A DNA stretch of 47,870 nt from Candidatus Kaiserbacteria bacterium (GTDB taxonomy: Bacteria > Patescibacteriota > Minisyncoccia > Phycocordibacterales > JABMNX01), in assembly GCA_013204405.1 (NCBI GenBank), contig JABMNX010000035.1:1-47870 (forward strand), given 5' to 3'. Under the pieces are notes generated by a model, which was not told the origin of the DNA, searched no databases, and saw only the letters and a list, made by a program, of their open reading frames with translations. Every line of letters begins with the position of its first letter. The first letter of the stretch is position 1. A program made the position numbers and the translations under genes. Below, piece after piece: positions 46,864-47,870 of this stretch.

Positions 46864-47870
46864 ATGAAAAATTCTGAAAACATGAATATATATAAACAAA
46901 GTGGGTACATAACAATGCTAGTTCTCGTGTTCGCTGGTGTGTTTTTTGTAATTGTGACGTCACTTTCTGGTTTTATATTCGTTCAAAATAAGGTTCAGAT
47001 TGCAAAAGAAAATGTAAGTAAAGCATTCCAAATTTCTGAAGCAGGTCTTGATTACTATAAATGGTTTTTGGCTCACTTCCCTGATGACTTACAAGATGGA
47101 ACTGGTGTATCAGGTCCATACGAACATACATATGCTGACCCAGAAGGAGGAAATTTTGGGAGTTTTTCGCTTGATGTTACTGGAAATACTCAATGTGGAG
47201 TGGTTTCTTCTATAGATATCACATCAACAGGGTGGTCTGACAATAATCCATCAATACAACGTATTGTTACTGGCAAGTACGCCCGCCCTTCTGTTGCCGA
47301 ATATTCATTTATATTAAACAGTGCTGTCTGGGCAGGGTCAGACCGTACTATTTATGGTAAGTATCATTCAAATGGTGGAATTCGAATGGATGCTGATAAT
47401 AGATCACTTGTAGAAAGTTCTGTCTCAAGTTGGACATGTACAGCAACTTTTAGCTGTAGTCCTGACTCAACTCAGGCAGGGGTTTTTGGGTTGGGCGATA
47501 GTAGTCTATGGGATTATCCAGTTCCACAAATTGATTTCAGTGGTATTACCGCTGATTTAGTTTCAATGAAGTCTATGGCGCAAAATAGTGGAGGAATTTA
47601 TCTTCCCGATTCAGGTGCGCAGGGTTATCATGTTATTTTTAATAGTAATGGAACATTTGACGTATATCGTGTGGATAGTGTTGGAGATGGTAATTGGTCA
47701 TATAATAATTTTTGGGGTTACGAACAAGAATATTCTATTATAAATTCCGAGACGTTTCTACAAAATTACACACCTTCTGCGACATGTGGTCTTGTTTTTG
47801 TTGAAGATAATTTATGGATTGAAGGTACCGTAAACGGAAAGTTAACGATTGTTTCCGCGGACTTAGTTAA
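46864..47870 (+). CDS. PilX-like minor pilin, truncated by the window end
   Basis: ORF from ATG 46864: QSG|YITMLVLVF...AFQISEAGLDYY; absent from ORF track because no stop is reached. Confidence 0.75.
   Translation, partial: MKNSENMNIYKQSGYITMLVLVFAGVFFVIVTSLSGFIFVQNKVQIAKENVSKAFQISEAGLDYYKWFLAHFPDDLQDGTGVSGPYEHTYADPEGGNFGSFSLDVTGNTQCGVVSSIDITSTGWSDNNPSIQRIVTGKYARPSVAEYSFILNSAVWAGSDRTIYGKYHSNGGIRMDADNRSLVESSVSSWTCTATFSCSPDSTQAGVFGLGDSSLWDYPVPQIDFSGITADLVSMKSMAQNSGGIYLPDSGAQGYHVIFNSNGTFDVYRVDSVGDGNWSYNNFWGYEQEYSIINSETFLQNYTPSATCGLVFVEDNLWIEGTVNGKLTIVSADLV

Overview
AT-rich bacterial chromosome segment (genetic code 11) whose gene content and protein variants look like Patescibacteria/CPR, probably Parcubacteria (inference). 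Left to right: a T4SS-like membrane locus (PrgI start, two paralogous hypotheticals, a VirB6/TrbL-like protein, secreted and membrane proteins); rsmA, pcrA/uvrD, LysM-M23 peptidase, comM, dksA-like, pnp, NYN protein, rpsO, Xer recombinase, glmS, xth; an accessory patch (rhodanese, an HTTM-like gene pair, msrAB, merT-like, Nudix); cca; four tRNAs; a parS and DnaA-box cluster (likely origin-proximal); HU, rny, clpP, tig, ppa, nusA; a TrmB-like regulator and the start of a type IV pilus operon. Most notable observations: (1) a complete tRNA-Gly(TCC) nested between exact copies of its own 5' and 3' ends, followed by a ~195-nt structured element bounded by tRNA-derived inverted repeats; (2) six parS sites, four inside coding sequence, near DnaA boxes and a recurring AAAGGACAT inverted motif; (3) a perfect 32-bp palindrome forming mirror-image leaderless promoters for msrAB and merT-like; (4) a widespread leaderless-gene signature. 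All coordinates and pairings were read by eye; no searches were run.
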